DNA of 34,508 nt from Octopus bimaculoides (taxonomy: Eukaryota). The stretch is from positions 43,980,568 through 44,015,075 of the forward strand of contig NC_068993.1 of assembly GCF_001194135.2 (NCBI RefSeq). Reading direction: 5' to 3'. Made by a program: the position numbers and the translations under genes. Position 1 is the first letter of the stretch. Every line of letters starts with the position of its first letter. Shown piece after piece: positions 9,400 through 21,744 of the stretch. The notes under the pieces were generated by a model. The model was given only the letters and a program-made list of their open reading frames with translations. It made no database searches and had not been told where the DNA came from.

Positions 9400-10144
9400 N
9401 NNNNNNNNNNNNNNNNNNNNNNNNNNNNNNNNNNNNNNNNNNNNNNNNNNNNNNNNNNNNNNNNNNNNNNNNNNNNNNNNNNNNNNNNNNNNNNNNNNNN
9501 NNNNNNNNNNNNNNNNNNNNNNNNNNNNNNNNNNNNNNNNNNNNNNNNNNNNNNNNNNNNNNNNNNNNNNNNNNNNNNNNNNNNNNNNNNNNNNNNNNNN
9601 NNNNNNNNNNNNNNNNNNNNNNNNNNNNNNNNNNNNNNNNNNNNNNNNNNNNNNNNNNNNNNNNNNNNNNNNNNNNNNNNNNNNNNNNNNNNNNNNNNNN
9701 NNNNNNNNNNNNNNNNNNNNNNNNNNNNNNNNNNNNNNNNNNNNNNNNNNNNNNNNNNNNNNNNNNNNNNNNNNNNNNNNNNNNNNNNNNNNNNNNNNNN
9801 NNNNNNNNNNNNNNNNNNNNNNNNNNNNNNNNNNNNNNNNNNNNNNNNNNNNNNNNNNNNNNNNNNNNNNNNNNNNNNNNNNNNNNNNNNNNNNNNNNNN
9901 NNNNNNNNNNNNNNNNNNNNNNNNNNNNNNNNNNNNNNNNNNNNNNNNNNNNNNNNNNNNNNNNNNNNNNNNNNNNNNNNNNNNNNNNNNNNNNNNNNNN
10001 NNNNNNNNNNNNNNNNNNNNNNNNNNNNNNNNNNNNNNNNNNNNNNNNNNNNNNNNNNNNNNNNNNNNNNNNNNNNNNNNNNNNNNNNNNNNNNNNNNNN
10101 NNNNNNNNNNNNNNNNNNNNNNNNNNNNNNNNNNNNNNNNNNNN

Positions 10145-10197
10145 ACTACTACTAATGCTGCTGCTGCTACTGATGCTGCTACTGCTACTACTGCTCC
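10145..10197. repeat. (ACT)/(GCT)n trinucleotide tract
   Basis: Direct reading. Confidence 0.85.
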
Positions 10198-10250
10198 ACC
10201 CCCTCTCCCCTCCCCTCCCCCCTCTCTATATATAAATATGTGTATATAGA

Positions 10251-10640
10251 CAGGTATGGATGGATGAATTTGAACCATGCACTTTTGATAAGAGTCTTCG
10301 GCTGAAACACCTGGACGACCAATGCTGCTTTGTAAGTGAATTCGGTAGATGAAAACTGTGTGGAAGCCCATTATACACACACAAACACATACGTACACAC
10401 ACACACACGCATACGCACACACACATATATGCGTGTGTGTGTATGTGTGTGCTTGTCCTCTCCATCGCTTGACAAACGGCGTTGGTTTGGTTTATTTTTC
10501 GTAACTTAGCGGTTCGGCAAGAGAAAAGAAACATTAGAATAGTTACCAGACTTTAAAAGAAATACGTATTGGGGTCGTTTTGTTCGATAAAAAAAAAGAG
10601 CAAAACCCTTCAAGGCATAGTCGCAGTCATGTGACTGAAA
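10251..10640 (+). mobile_element. Older diverged relative of the microsatellite-containing SINE
   Basis: Shares GGTAGATGAAAACTG..GAAGCCC, an internal (CA)/(TG) tract, CTTGTCCTC..CGCTTGACAA, GTAACTTAGCGGTTCGGCAA and GCAGTC..TGACTGAAACAA with 524-987 and 6454-6817. Confidence 0.7.
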
Positions 10641-11154
10641 CAACTCAAAGATTTTAGCGTCTCGTATTTGATATTGTAGGTAACGCTTTTAGATTCGTCT
10701 ATAGGAAAACTTCGATTTTATTGACTTTTATGTTCTGCCTTTTACTAAGCTATTTGGTCATGGTGTGAGTCAATAGAAAATCAATATGCCGTATTAAATT
10801 TTCTAAATTGGTTAATTAATTTCTTTACCTAGAGGTTGTTTTATATTGATACGTAGTGCTTATGATTATTTGTACACGCGCTCGCGGACACACATACACA
10901 CGCACATACACTCACACAAACACACACACACGCATTTCTATGTGTGTGCGCATTAGAGAAAATAAAGAAAGGAGTTATCTAATCAATTTCATTAGCTTGC
11001 AATTGTTTCTGTTATGAGCAAGCGTGTCATTCATTAATTGATATTATGCTCTGCGACTGACCTGATGGTTTGCTGCAAAATATAAGTCTATAAATATCTT
11101 GACTTTTAACAACTAGTAATTAGTATCATTATACCTACGCGGAATCAGTATATA

Positions 11155-11199
11155 AATATATATATATATATATACATATGTGTGTGTGTGTGTGTGTAT

Positions 11200-11237
<38 letters not shown>
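11155..11237. repeat. Compound (TA)n(TG)n(AG)n microsatellite
   Basis: Direct reading; runs into a gap. Confidence 0.95.
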
Positions 11238-13928
11238 NNNNNNNNNNNNNNNNNNNNNNNNNNNNNNNNNNNNNNNNNNNNNNNNNNNNNNNNNNNNNNN
11301 NNNNNNNNNNNNNNNNNNNNNNNNNNNNNNNNNNNNNNNNNNNNNNNNNNNNNNNNNNNNNNNNNNNNNNNNNNNNNNNNNNNNNNNNNNNNNNNNNNNN
11401 NNNNNNNNNNNNNNNNNNNNNNNNNNNNNNNNNNNNNNNNNNNNNNNNNNNNNNNNNNNNNNNNNNNNNNNNNNNNNNNNNNNNNNNNNNNNNNNNNNNN
11501 NNNNNNNNNNNNNNNNNNNNNNNNNNNNNNNNNNNNNNNNNNNNNNNNNNNNNNNNNNNNNNNNNNNNNNNNNNNNNNNNNNNNNNNNNNNNNNNNNNNN
11601 NNNNNNNNNNNNNNNNNNNNNNNNNNNNNNNNNNNNNNNNNNNNNNNNNNNNNNNNNNNNNNNNNNNNNNNNNNNNNNNNNNNNNNNNNNNNNNNNNNNN
11701 NNNNNNNNNNNNNNNNNNNNNNNNNNNNNNNNNNNNNNNNNNNNNNNNNNNNNNNNNNNNNNNNNNNNNNNNNNNNNNNNNNNNNNNNNNNNNNNNNNNN
11801 NNNNNNNNNNNNNNNNNNNNNNNNNNNNNNNNNNNNNNNNNNNNNNNNNNNNNNNNNNNNNNNNNNNNNNNNNNNNNNNNNNNNNNNNNNNNNNNNNNNN
11901 NNNNNNNNNNNNNNNNNNNNNNNNNNNNNNNNNNNNNNNNNNNNNNNNNNNNNNNNNNNNNNNNNNNNNNNNNNNNNNNNNNNNNNNNNNNNNNNNNNNN
12001 NNNNNNNNNNNNNNNNNNNNNNNNNNNNNNNNNNNNNNGGCGATAGCCAAGGAAGAAAAGAATTAGTGAAATTCCAAACGTAGATTCCGTAACACAAGGC
12101 GGGAGGGTGGGATAGCCTGTGTTCACGCCTGTAAATATGTTTTCAAAAACTACCATTGAATGCAATGTAAAAATTACCAAGACTATAAATTTAGGCGGTA
12201 TCTCTGGATTAATATACCAACAATAAATGGTAAATATGAACATATGGTTTTATTTACAGGTAACTGAATTATATAAAGGTTAAAAGTATTTTAATTTAAG
12301 TACGAATCTTAGGAATCTGTGATTAATATATTTTTTTAAAAAAATTGGTAATCTTAAGTTAAAGATGCTACGTATTAATTCAATAATGTTTTAATTTCAC
12401 TAATTTTGATTTGTTAACGTTGGTGTTTTCCTCAGTTAAGTTCGTGAATTTCTGTTCACACTATTATGTACACAAATATATTGTGCACAAATATTGATGA
12501 CGTAATATTAGTAAACAGTTTTGATTCGTCATCGTCTAGTAGCTCTCAACACATCAGCACATACACGCACAAATACGTAATGAAAATATTGCGTATACGT
12601 AACTATGGTTTTTAAAATAAAAAAAAAATTATAATAAAAATAATTTATTATTCAACTATAATTTCTAGATTGAATCTGGAGGACTTATAATTAAATTTCT
12701 TAAGTGATTAAATAATTTAATGACGTTTCATTTATCATAATTAGTAGTGTAATTTAGGAATAATGTTTTTTTTTAGCTCCTAGGTTTAAAGTAATGGTAT
12801 CGAAATATGGTTTAAGCTAACTAACGAATATTTTGTTTTTGTTTTTTCAACACATTACAGACTCACGGGCACAAATGCATTTAAACAAGTTTGCATTTGC
12901 ATATACATAATTAACGGTTTTTAAAAATACATTGCTTGCTGAAACTCACATATGTGAGATCAAACTACACATCGAAATGTAGCTCCTTTCTATCAAATTC
13001 TTCTCCTGGTGAAATACCCATTTAACGATATTCTATATGGAAATTTAATTTAAGTTCTTAAATTGATTCAATTGGGTATGGAAACAATTGTAGGTGAAAA
13101 TGAGTTTGAAATTGTTCAGAATTGTATTATGATGTCTATATGTCAGTTTCTCCGTTTTCTTTTTCTTTTTCTTTTTCTGATATATATATATATATATAGG
13201 TGAGAAAGTTGGTATGTGAAAGCACGTGGTTGGATGTATAAAAGATAATAAGAGTGAAAAAACTACAGAAGGCTTGTGTTACGTGGTTAAAGTATATATT
13301 TAAATTATGTCAGAAAAACTNNNNNNNNNNNNNNNNNNNNNNNNNNNNNNNNNNNNNNNNNATATATATATATATATATATCGAGAATTTTTGAAGTGAT
13401 ATACAGATATTGTATATTGAGAATAATAAGGTAGTCACAATGGGAGAGAGTGTGGGTAAGAAAAGAACAAATTAGAAAGGAAGATGCAGGGATGAGAGAG
13501 GAGGAAGGGGTGGTAAAGGAGGCGTGACTTTTGTTAATATTTAATATGTTGTTTTTCCCTCTTTAGTGACATTTTGGGTGGGGAAGGAAAGGAATTTTTT
13601 TGTATTAAAGTGGTTGAGGTTTTTAATTTTCTCTCGTAAGAATTATAATTACATTTCAAGATCTTGCTGTTTTAAAATTCTCTTGTATTCATTAATGCAA
13701 GGGAAAGAGAATGGTTGTATGGATGTGGTCAATTTTTTTTATATTAGAATTACAGATGTTGTTTTTGATTTAGCCGTGTATGGCTATGTTTTTAAAAGAG
13801 TGATTTTAAAGTAAGAATAGGTATGACTTTAAATACAATCTGAAATAAAGTTTAAGTGTGGGAAAATGTTTCTCAATTATAAACACGATCTGAATTTCTT
13901 TAAAAAATCATAAATATGATCTGCGTAC

Positions 13929-14500
13929 CTTGAATTTTCCTTATCCACATATTTCCAAATCAACCCCTTAATTTCGGTGAGAACTTCTTTATGAAATATA
14001 GTTCCAGTGTCATTCGGAAGTTTGGGTCGTTCCTTGAGCATTTATAGAAGGGGAAAATCTTGAATTTTCCTTCTCCACATATTTCTGTAGTTCTTCTTGT
14101 CGGATTTGCTGTCTATTGATTCTTGTGCGCTGGCAAAGGGAATCATTGTCATCATCAATATAATTCCCCTTGAATTTGGGGCAAGCAATGCAGTAGATGA
14201 GATTTTGTGTCTGGCAGTTCATATTTGCATTTACGTTGAACGAGAATCCACTCTTAACTCTTATGTGGGTGTCCCCATCTATATATTTGAAATTATTGTT
14301 GTTGTTGCATATTCCCCATCTGCTATCTCCATATTCTTTTATGGAGAATTCTGTTTTATTCTCTGATGTGAATTTTGTCCCATAGCTGTACGCATAGCCG
14401 TACCCTAAGCCGTACACATAGCCGTACTCTTTATCTGACTGTATATCTGATTATCAAATCTGAAGGTGTTTTCTTCTAGTACTATTCGTTTTTCTTTTAA
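13929..14500 (-). mobile_element. Internally deleted Penelope-like element (third family): RT motif fused to GIY-YIG endonuclease
   Basis: Minus strand: IVLEENTFRFDNQIYSQIK(S/G)TAM...GTKF (Penelope RT), then SRWGIC...NCQTQNLIYCIACPKFKGNYIDD...LCQRTRINRQQI, then after a frameshift ICGEGKFKIFPFYK...RMTLELYFIKKFSPKL (GIY-YIG). Confidence 0.85.
14381..14428 (-). repeat. 12-bp tandem repeat x4 (GGTACGGCTATG consensus, codes GTAM)
   Basis: Units CATAGCTGTACG, CATAGCCGTACC, CTAAGCCGTACA, CATAGCCGTACT on the plus strand. Confidence 0.9.
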
Positions 14501-14719
14501 TGTCAGTATTGTATTATATAAAAATAGTACATCAGAATAAAATTAATTATTATTCTAATCTAATGCATATCTATGCAGAAGTTGTCCATGCACAGTTTAT
14601 CTACTTCCTATAACCATGAGACAAACATTCATTGCTCATTAGGTAGATCTCAATCTTCGATGCTGTTAGGCCTTTATTGTGATTTGTAACTCAAAGATAA
14701 AGTGAAAGAGATGGTGTGT

Positions 14720-14813
14720 CAGAATTAAGAAAAGAGAAAAGGCATCAATTTCCTGTCAAACTATCCTTTGTTCTTGACAGGAAATTGAGGCCTTTTCTCT
14801 TTTCTTTATTCTG
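14720..14813. repeat. Inverted repeat, 40-bp arms, 14-bp spacer
   Basis: 14720-14759 versus reverse complement of 14774-14813 differ at 2 positions. Confidence 0.92.
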
Positions 14814-15212
14814 AAACACTGTCTTTTTCTCTTTTCTTATTTCTTACACGCTACCTTTCTCACTTTCTGCTTCACCGATTCTCTTTATCACCCATCGACT
14901 TTTCATCCTGAAAACCACATTCACTCTCTTTTGTTATTACATGCTTTTCTTTGCTTATTTTCTCCTCATTTTACATCTGTCACAAAAAAGAGGTGTAGGG
15001 TAAAAACGATAAAGACACGTAGAAATATGGGGGAGAAAGAACTAAAAGCCGTAAGTTACCACGTTTTCTTTCCACCTCAACTGCCTCTTTAGTAGATACC
15101 AGTAAAGAATAGAAAAGTAACGAGCGTGTGTGGTCAAATAAAACATTTAAGGAAACAAATACAAATACGTAAAGTACTTGGTACCTCGTATTTACACATA
15201 GGCGCGAGTGCT

Positions 15213-15246
15213 CACACACACACACACACACACACATACACACACA

Positions 15247-15332
<86 letters not shown>
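15213..15332. repeat. (CA)n microsatellite
   Basis: Direct reading. Confidence 0.97.
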
Positions 15333-15333
<1 letters not shown>

Positions 15334-16153
15334 CTGTTTGCCGGTTAGCATGTTACACAGGTTTCATGTATGTGTACTTGAACTGTATACTGTCTTTTTT
15401 CTCACTTTCTCAGTCAGGCTTATTTCTTTCTATACCTCCATCTTCTCACCCTCCACCTCTTGCTTTTTTTTCTTTCATCCGCGTGTACAACTGTGTATTA
15501 CAGATCTTATTATTTCGTTTCATGGGATTGATACACGCAATCTTAATTCACATGACATACATGCATAATATATTGATACATACTTACGTACATGCATATA
15601 TACGTACAAGTGTATGAAGTTTTGTACCTACCTCCTACACTCACACACACATAAACAAAGATAGAAAATAGATACATACATAGATGGAAAGATCTCTCTA
15701 TCTATCTATGTCTCTCTCTCTCTCTTTATATATATATATATATATGTATGATAGGTCGTCCGTCATGTTATGTGATAATGATATACCAGCTGCAGAAAAA
15801 GTAAATAAATATAATAAAATAAAATTTAATGGATAAATAAATAAGTTAAATGAAAAAGAAGAAAACAGAAGTGTACTCTACTATAAGAGAGAAAATCTCT
15901 GATAGAGAAATATTTGTCTCAGAATGGGTAATGATGTTTACTCATACCATTGTTTTGACAGAATGAGATGACTGGGCGCAGTTGACTGCATGCTAATTTA
16001 CAACAGCTGACTGGTTATTCAGCCTGTTTTAGAGACTACTTTTTGGCGCTGAAGGCAAATACACAAACACGCACACGCACACACATACACAGACATACAC
16101 GCGCACACAAACCACACATGTGCACACACGAAAGAATGAGGGAGAGAAAGATT

Positions 16154-16213
<60 letters not shown>

Positions 16214-16218
16214 GATAG
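16154..16218. repeat. (GATA)n microsatellite
   Basis: Direct reading. Confidence 0.97.
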
Positions 16219-16559
16219 AGAAGGGGCATGGGAAAGTACATTTTATTCATTGAATGTAATTGACATCACCTCCTTGTCTCCCTTCATACAGGATATACCC
16301 ACACATATAAAAAGAAGGAGGAAAGGACGGAGGCAGGTCAGTAGGTAGAGAGACAACGAGAGAAGCAATAAAATGTTTAGTGTCAAATAAGTCAGCATCG
16401 AATCAGTGGTACCAAATACACAGCGCCAAAACGGTTGTACCAAAGCATCTCACACCTTAGTTTTTATAGTGTAATTTGCAAGTTTCTCTTTTGGCCTCTG
16501 GTACAGAGATTCATAAATGATTCATAAGCATTTGAAACACTGGTGCTTACCTCCTTTTA

Positions 16560-17330
16560 TGGATTTTGGTTATCTTTAAGACCTACAAGGTGGCTTTCGT
16601 GCATCTTTGAATCGTTTATGAGGCGCACCGTAATTTCTCCTTGCATTTGCTAGCTCAGAATAGAAGATTGATTTTAGCAGTCTGCAATCAGGTGTTCTAA
16701 CCACATATTCATTCCAACACAGCTGGATTTGCTTGATTTTAGCAAAGAAACATGTAGTATCGGCATATCTGAGAACCTCTGTATTACGAATTTTATCCTG
16801 CCACATTATGTTTCATATATTCCTTAGACAAAACATATGGATATGATTTAAGCATTTTAGCATAGGATTGGTACACTGTGCGAGTTTCTGCGTCATAAAG
16901 AGGAGTTGGGAGCTTGCAAACATTGATTTTAGTATCTATGCGAAGACAGATATGCAAAAAATAAATGAAATTCCCATCCGATAATGTGTACAGTGCATGT
17001 ATGATCAGTAGCATGTCTGAAATTCATCAAATCAGGCATAAAAGAAATAAGTAACCGTCATTTCCACAGTTTCCAAGTTGGTGGCGGCAGACCATTGCTG
17101 ATAATTAGTGCAGGTAGTAACATACTGGCATGTTGGGCTAGAAGTCGTGATGCAGGGCACACACCTTGTATGATGCTCTATGTCTTGGTCACCCATCATA
17201 TTAGATGGTGCTATGAGATCTGGAGGTCCCTTCAGTCACTTTGGCGATTTCCTGCATTGTCATGCAAGCTCAGTTGCTTGATCATATTTTACCACAAAGT
17301 AGTGTATTATGTAAGAATGAGAGAGGGAAT
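16560..17330 (-). mobile_element. Degenerate RTE-clade LINE, RT C-terminal region
   Basis: Minus-strand ORFs TKINVCKLPTPLYDAETRTVY and WQDKIRNTEVL...QIQLCW..YVVRTPDCRLLKSIFYSEL..RR..GAPHKRFKD match the RTE pattern LLYG.ETW / WQDK..N.EVL / LRW.GHV.RM.D.RLPK / R..G.P..R.KD. The upstream part (17000-17330) is more decayed. Confidence 0.85.
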
Positions 17331-17519
17331 CTGATGCACACGTAGCTATTTTTCATTTGTAAAATTCCATCTGTTAAACTGGCATCTGTTCTTTATCGTA
17401 GAAACTATACGAACTTAGATTCTTACGCATGTATGGACATATATATGTGCATAAGTATATACGTATATTTGTACGTACATACATTCATGTATATGTATGT
17501 GCATGTATGTGCGTACGTG

Positions 17520-17525
17520 TATGTG

Positions 17526-17579
<54 letters not shown>

Positions 17580-17586
17580 CGCGTGT
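17520..17586. repeat. (TG)n/(GC) microsatellite
   Basis: Direct reading. Confidence 0.95.
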
Positions 17587-18539
17587 GTTCTCTTCTGCTT
17601 TAAATCCTTTGAAATCTTCCTGAAAAGAGGGAGTTGGTTTTTTAAGAAAGATACAAAGCTCCATCGTTGGAATGGAGATAAAAGAAAATTCACATTTTAA
17701 ACTTTAGAGAAGTTTCGCATGAAATTATTGTTCGATTTATAGATTGTATTTATAATGTGCATGCTTTCTGAAGACCTCAGCTTTTCCAGACTGACACTTG
17801 GACATTGACCCACAAAACCATGAAGTTAGAGGAGAGTCAGTATACTTGCATGTGAATTGACAGTACTTGCAACTAAAGAAAAAAAGAAAAAAACAAAAAA
17901 GAAACTGGAAACAAACGGAAGGCCAGTTTCATTATGTCACGTCAATTTTGTTTGAGTGTCTGAGTACTGTAGACTCAGGAATACTCAACTACTTCTGCAG
18001 TAGTCTAATGCATAGGTAGTTTTGTTGAACAAAGAACTGGTATATTCAACTTCGAACCGAAAGAAGATCCATATATTTTCAATCTCTGTGGATGTTCAGT
18101 AAGTGCGTGTATATGTGTTTTGTGCATGTGTGGATATATCCTTGGACTATTCAAACAATTCTGATAGCTATCCGAGCGGAAAATTGTGATCATAAGTGGA
18201 CAAATTATATTGGAATACTAACCTGTGGCTAGAGTAATAATGCAAAATGATGTAATGGTTTAGATAATCATTACATGTGTGCGCACGAACACACACCTAT
18301 ACAGCACACCCACACTCACACACACGCATATATATATCTACATGTATCCAGTTCATTTATGTAATATGTAACTACACACACACATACATACACACCTACA
18401 AACATATATGACCGCAGTTTTCGTTCGATGAATAAAAGAATTACAGAACATCGAGTGAAAGAGATCGGGCCAAAACTGAAAAGCTTTTTAAATGGATTTC
18501 TGTAACTCTAAAGGCTAGTTTTATTAACCATATTTGCTT

Positions 18540-18602
18540 GTATGTATGTATGTATGTATGTATGTATGTATGTATGTATGTATGTATGTATGTATGTATG
18601 TA
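18540..18602. repeat. (TATG)n microsatellite
   Basis: Direct reading. Confidence 0.95.
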
Positions 18603-19588
18603 TACATATATATATACACATGAATACATNNNNNNNNNNNNNNNNNNNNNNNNNNNNNNNNNNNNNNNNNNNNNNNNNNNNNNNNNNNNNNNNNNNNNNN
18701 NNNNNNNNNNNNNNNNNNNNNNNNNNNNNNNNNNNNNNNNNNNNNNNNNNNNNNNNNNNNNNNNNNNNNNNNNNNNNNNNNNNNNNNNNNNNNNNNNNNN
18801 NNNNNNNNNNNNNNNNNNNNNNNNNNNNNNNNNNNNNNNNNNNNNNNNNNNNNNNNNNNNNNNNNNNNNNNNNNNNNNNNNNNNNNNNNNNNNNNNNNNN
18901 NNNNNNNNNNNNNNNNNNNNNNNNNNNNNNNNNNNNNNNNNNNNNNNNNNNNNNNNNNNNNNNNNNNNNNNNNNNNNNNNNNNNNNNNNNNNNNNNNNNN
19001 NNNNTATATATATATATATATATATATGCATATAGACACGTAAAAATACAGAAAAATATGTATTTAAAAATATACGCTCACACACGTATTAATGCATTTA
19101 ACGTGTATATAAATCTATGTTTATACATGAATACATATGACCAATTATGTATACATATAAATTTAACTACGTACTTATGAATGCATCTGTCAAACTAATT
19201 AGCCGTGTCTTGAATGTATAAAACTCAACACAGTGATTCCGTTAATTGATAACACTCCCGATCCCACTAAACCACATGACCAATATTCTAATGCACATTA
19301 ACAACCAGAGACCGCTCAGTTTGAAAATCAATATGACACCCAGTTAAACGAAATAGTTTTTCGAAGACGTTAGCGTGTTAAAACGTTTGTACCATAGTGA
19401 CAATATTCCCTCGATGTCACCTCAGTTATAACTCCGCTTTGAAAGGAATTTAATGAATGTGTTTACTCACGAATCTGCCTGCAACTATCGGCCTTATTGT
19501 ACCATCATTGGGCTTGTAACAATTCACAAAGTGAAAATATCAGAGCTGCATTAAAACACTCAGAGTCGTGGGAACACGTTTCCCAGGG

Positions 19589-19625
19589 ATGTATGTATGT
19601 ATGTATGTATGTATGTATATATATG

Positions 19626-19657
<32 letters not shown>

Positions 19658-19674
19658 TGTATGTATGTATATAT
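19589..19674. repeat. (TATG)n microsatellite
   Basis: Direct reading. Confidence 0.95.
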
Positions 19675-20667
19675 AGTATTACTGGCGTGAGTGTGTAGCG
19701 GTGGGTTAGTGGAGAAGAAGGATATATGTAAACTAGCAGTATTTAAATATGTGATATCGAAAGAAAGGATTTTGTATTGATTTACAAAGACTGAGATAAA
19801 CCAAGATTATCGTTTGACAATGACATACACATACCTATGAATTCACTGATACTGGCACGCACACGCACACGCACACATGTACACACACACACGCACACAC
19901 ACAGACACACAAATACACACACATACATACGTTTACATACATGTATACTTATAGCTAATGGTTTTACACATAAGATTGTGTACATAAGTGTGCGTTTACT
20001 TATATATGAGTGTGCATGTATATATACCCATACATAGACTCACACACACATATTTATATATGCGAGTAGGTATGTATATACCCACTTATGTATCTATACT
20101 GCATAACACGATAAAGTGTTCGGAGGAAAAAGGGTGTTTACATCTAGAATATGAATTTAGAAGCATTTAGAAATATGTTAATAAATAATTTCACGGTGTA
20201 TCTCGGAATGAACACAGTAAATATTAGCCTATAATATGCTGGGTAAACACCTCGTGGATGAAAAAAAAAATTACAGGAGGCTACCTGTGGGAATCGAATT
20301 GTACTTCTACAACATTGGTAAATATGTTTACAAATAGAACCAAAGGAATTTTTGTTCTGCTTTCAACAATGTATGCTTCGAGTCCTGCAGGTAGTCAATG
20401 GCTCTTTTGCCTTCCAAGGGGGATTATAACTCAAGATATTACAAGCTATTATTTATAGCTGTATTTGCTTCAGACACTCCATTAAAGGACTTATTTTCAC
20501 ATGCGAAGGGAGGCGCGTGCGCACACCCTCCTCTCTCTCACACACACATACGCACACACGCGAGGCTGTTGGGAATGTCATTTGAATACGCGATTCAGAT
20601 TTTGAATATACAATTGTAAATGAATAAGTTACATACATAATACACAATTATATATATATATATATAT

Positions 20668-20877
20668 TTAACTTTTTTACTTTTTTCAGTCATTACTTTG
20701 CAGATATGCTGGGACACCGCCTTAAAAGATTGTTGCCGAACGAATCGACACCAGTACTTGCTTTTTTTGAGGCGTGGTACTTATTCTATCGGTCACCTTT
20801 TCGCAGACCCGGTAAATTACGGGGACGTGAAAACACCAACATCAGTTGTTAATCGTAATGGGGAACCAACAGACACG

Positions 20878-20920
<43 letters not shown>

Positions 20921-20980
20921 GTGTATGTGTGTGTATGTGTGTGTGTGTACACGATAGGCGTCTTTCAGTTTCCAACTACA
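20668..20980 (-). mobile_element. 5'-truncated copy of the microsatellite-containing SINE
   Basis: Shares TTTCAGTCATT, CACCGCCTT, TACTTATTCTATCGGTC, TTACGGGGACGT and TCTTTCAGTTTC with 524-987; internal (CA)n(TG)n tract. Confidence 0.8.
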
Positions 20981-21232
20981 CATTGGTTGTTGGTAAGGAG
21001 ATTGAATAGAAAAAGCTGCATGATGGTGGAAGAGGGAGTGATAACAGAGGCAATATAATAGGAGAGGGAGTATTTGAACAATGAGTGATAGAGAAGGGCA
21101 TAATGTAAGAGAGAATAAAGGACTAAAGGGCAACAATAAAATGGGATATGGTACGTGATATGGTAAGTTGAGATGGGCGGTGGTAAGAGCAGATGGTGTT
21201 TTTGAAGAGTGATATGGAGAATACGCGCGCCC

Positions 21233-21239
<7 letters not shown>

Positions 21240-21263
<24 letters not shown>

Positions 21264-21355
21264 AGCGAGAGAGAGAGAGAGAGAGAGAGAGCAAGAGAGA
21301 GAGAGAGAGAAATAGATAGGGACAGAGATAGATAGATAGACTGATATAGAGAGAG
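21240..21355. repeat. (TG)/(GA)n/(GATA) compound microsatellite
   Basis: Direct reading. Confidence 0.9.
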
Positions 21356-21694
21356 ACAAAGAGAAAGGGAAACAGAGATGGTCTAAAAGTAAAGAAGGTA
21401 AATGGTTGGAGTATTGAACATGTATATGATAGAAGAGATGACGAGAACTAAAAAGTGAAGGGTTTGAATATGGGAGAGAGTTAGAGTGATAAAATGATGG
21501 TAGGAGCACTGAGCACGTTCAGACCAAATGCTATTCTTCATTACACAGGTGCCTGTACAGTGTGTAGCAGAGAGGGTGCGTGATAAGATAACAGGGTAAT
21601 AGAGAGTAGATGGAGACGTAACAGGAATATAATGGGCAAAAGACCTAATGTGCCAATTGTATGAATCCCAAATGCCAATAACACAACGACGATA

Positions 21695-21744
21695 ACCACC
21701 ACCACCACCACCACCACCACACCACCACCACCACCACCACCACC
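21695..21744. repeat. (CAC)n trinucleotide repeat
   Basis: Direct reading. Confidence 0.97.

Noticed and set aside
9065-10249. 394-aa ORF with poly-T, poly-Q, poly-A and poly-P tracts resembling a transcription factor
   Set aside because: GTG start, built from trinucleotide repeats, and spans a 745-nt gap.
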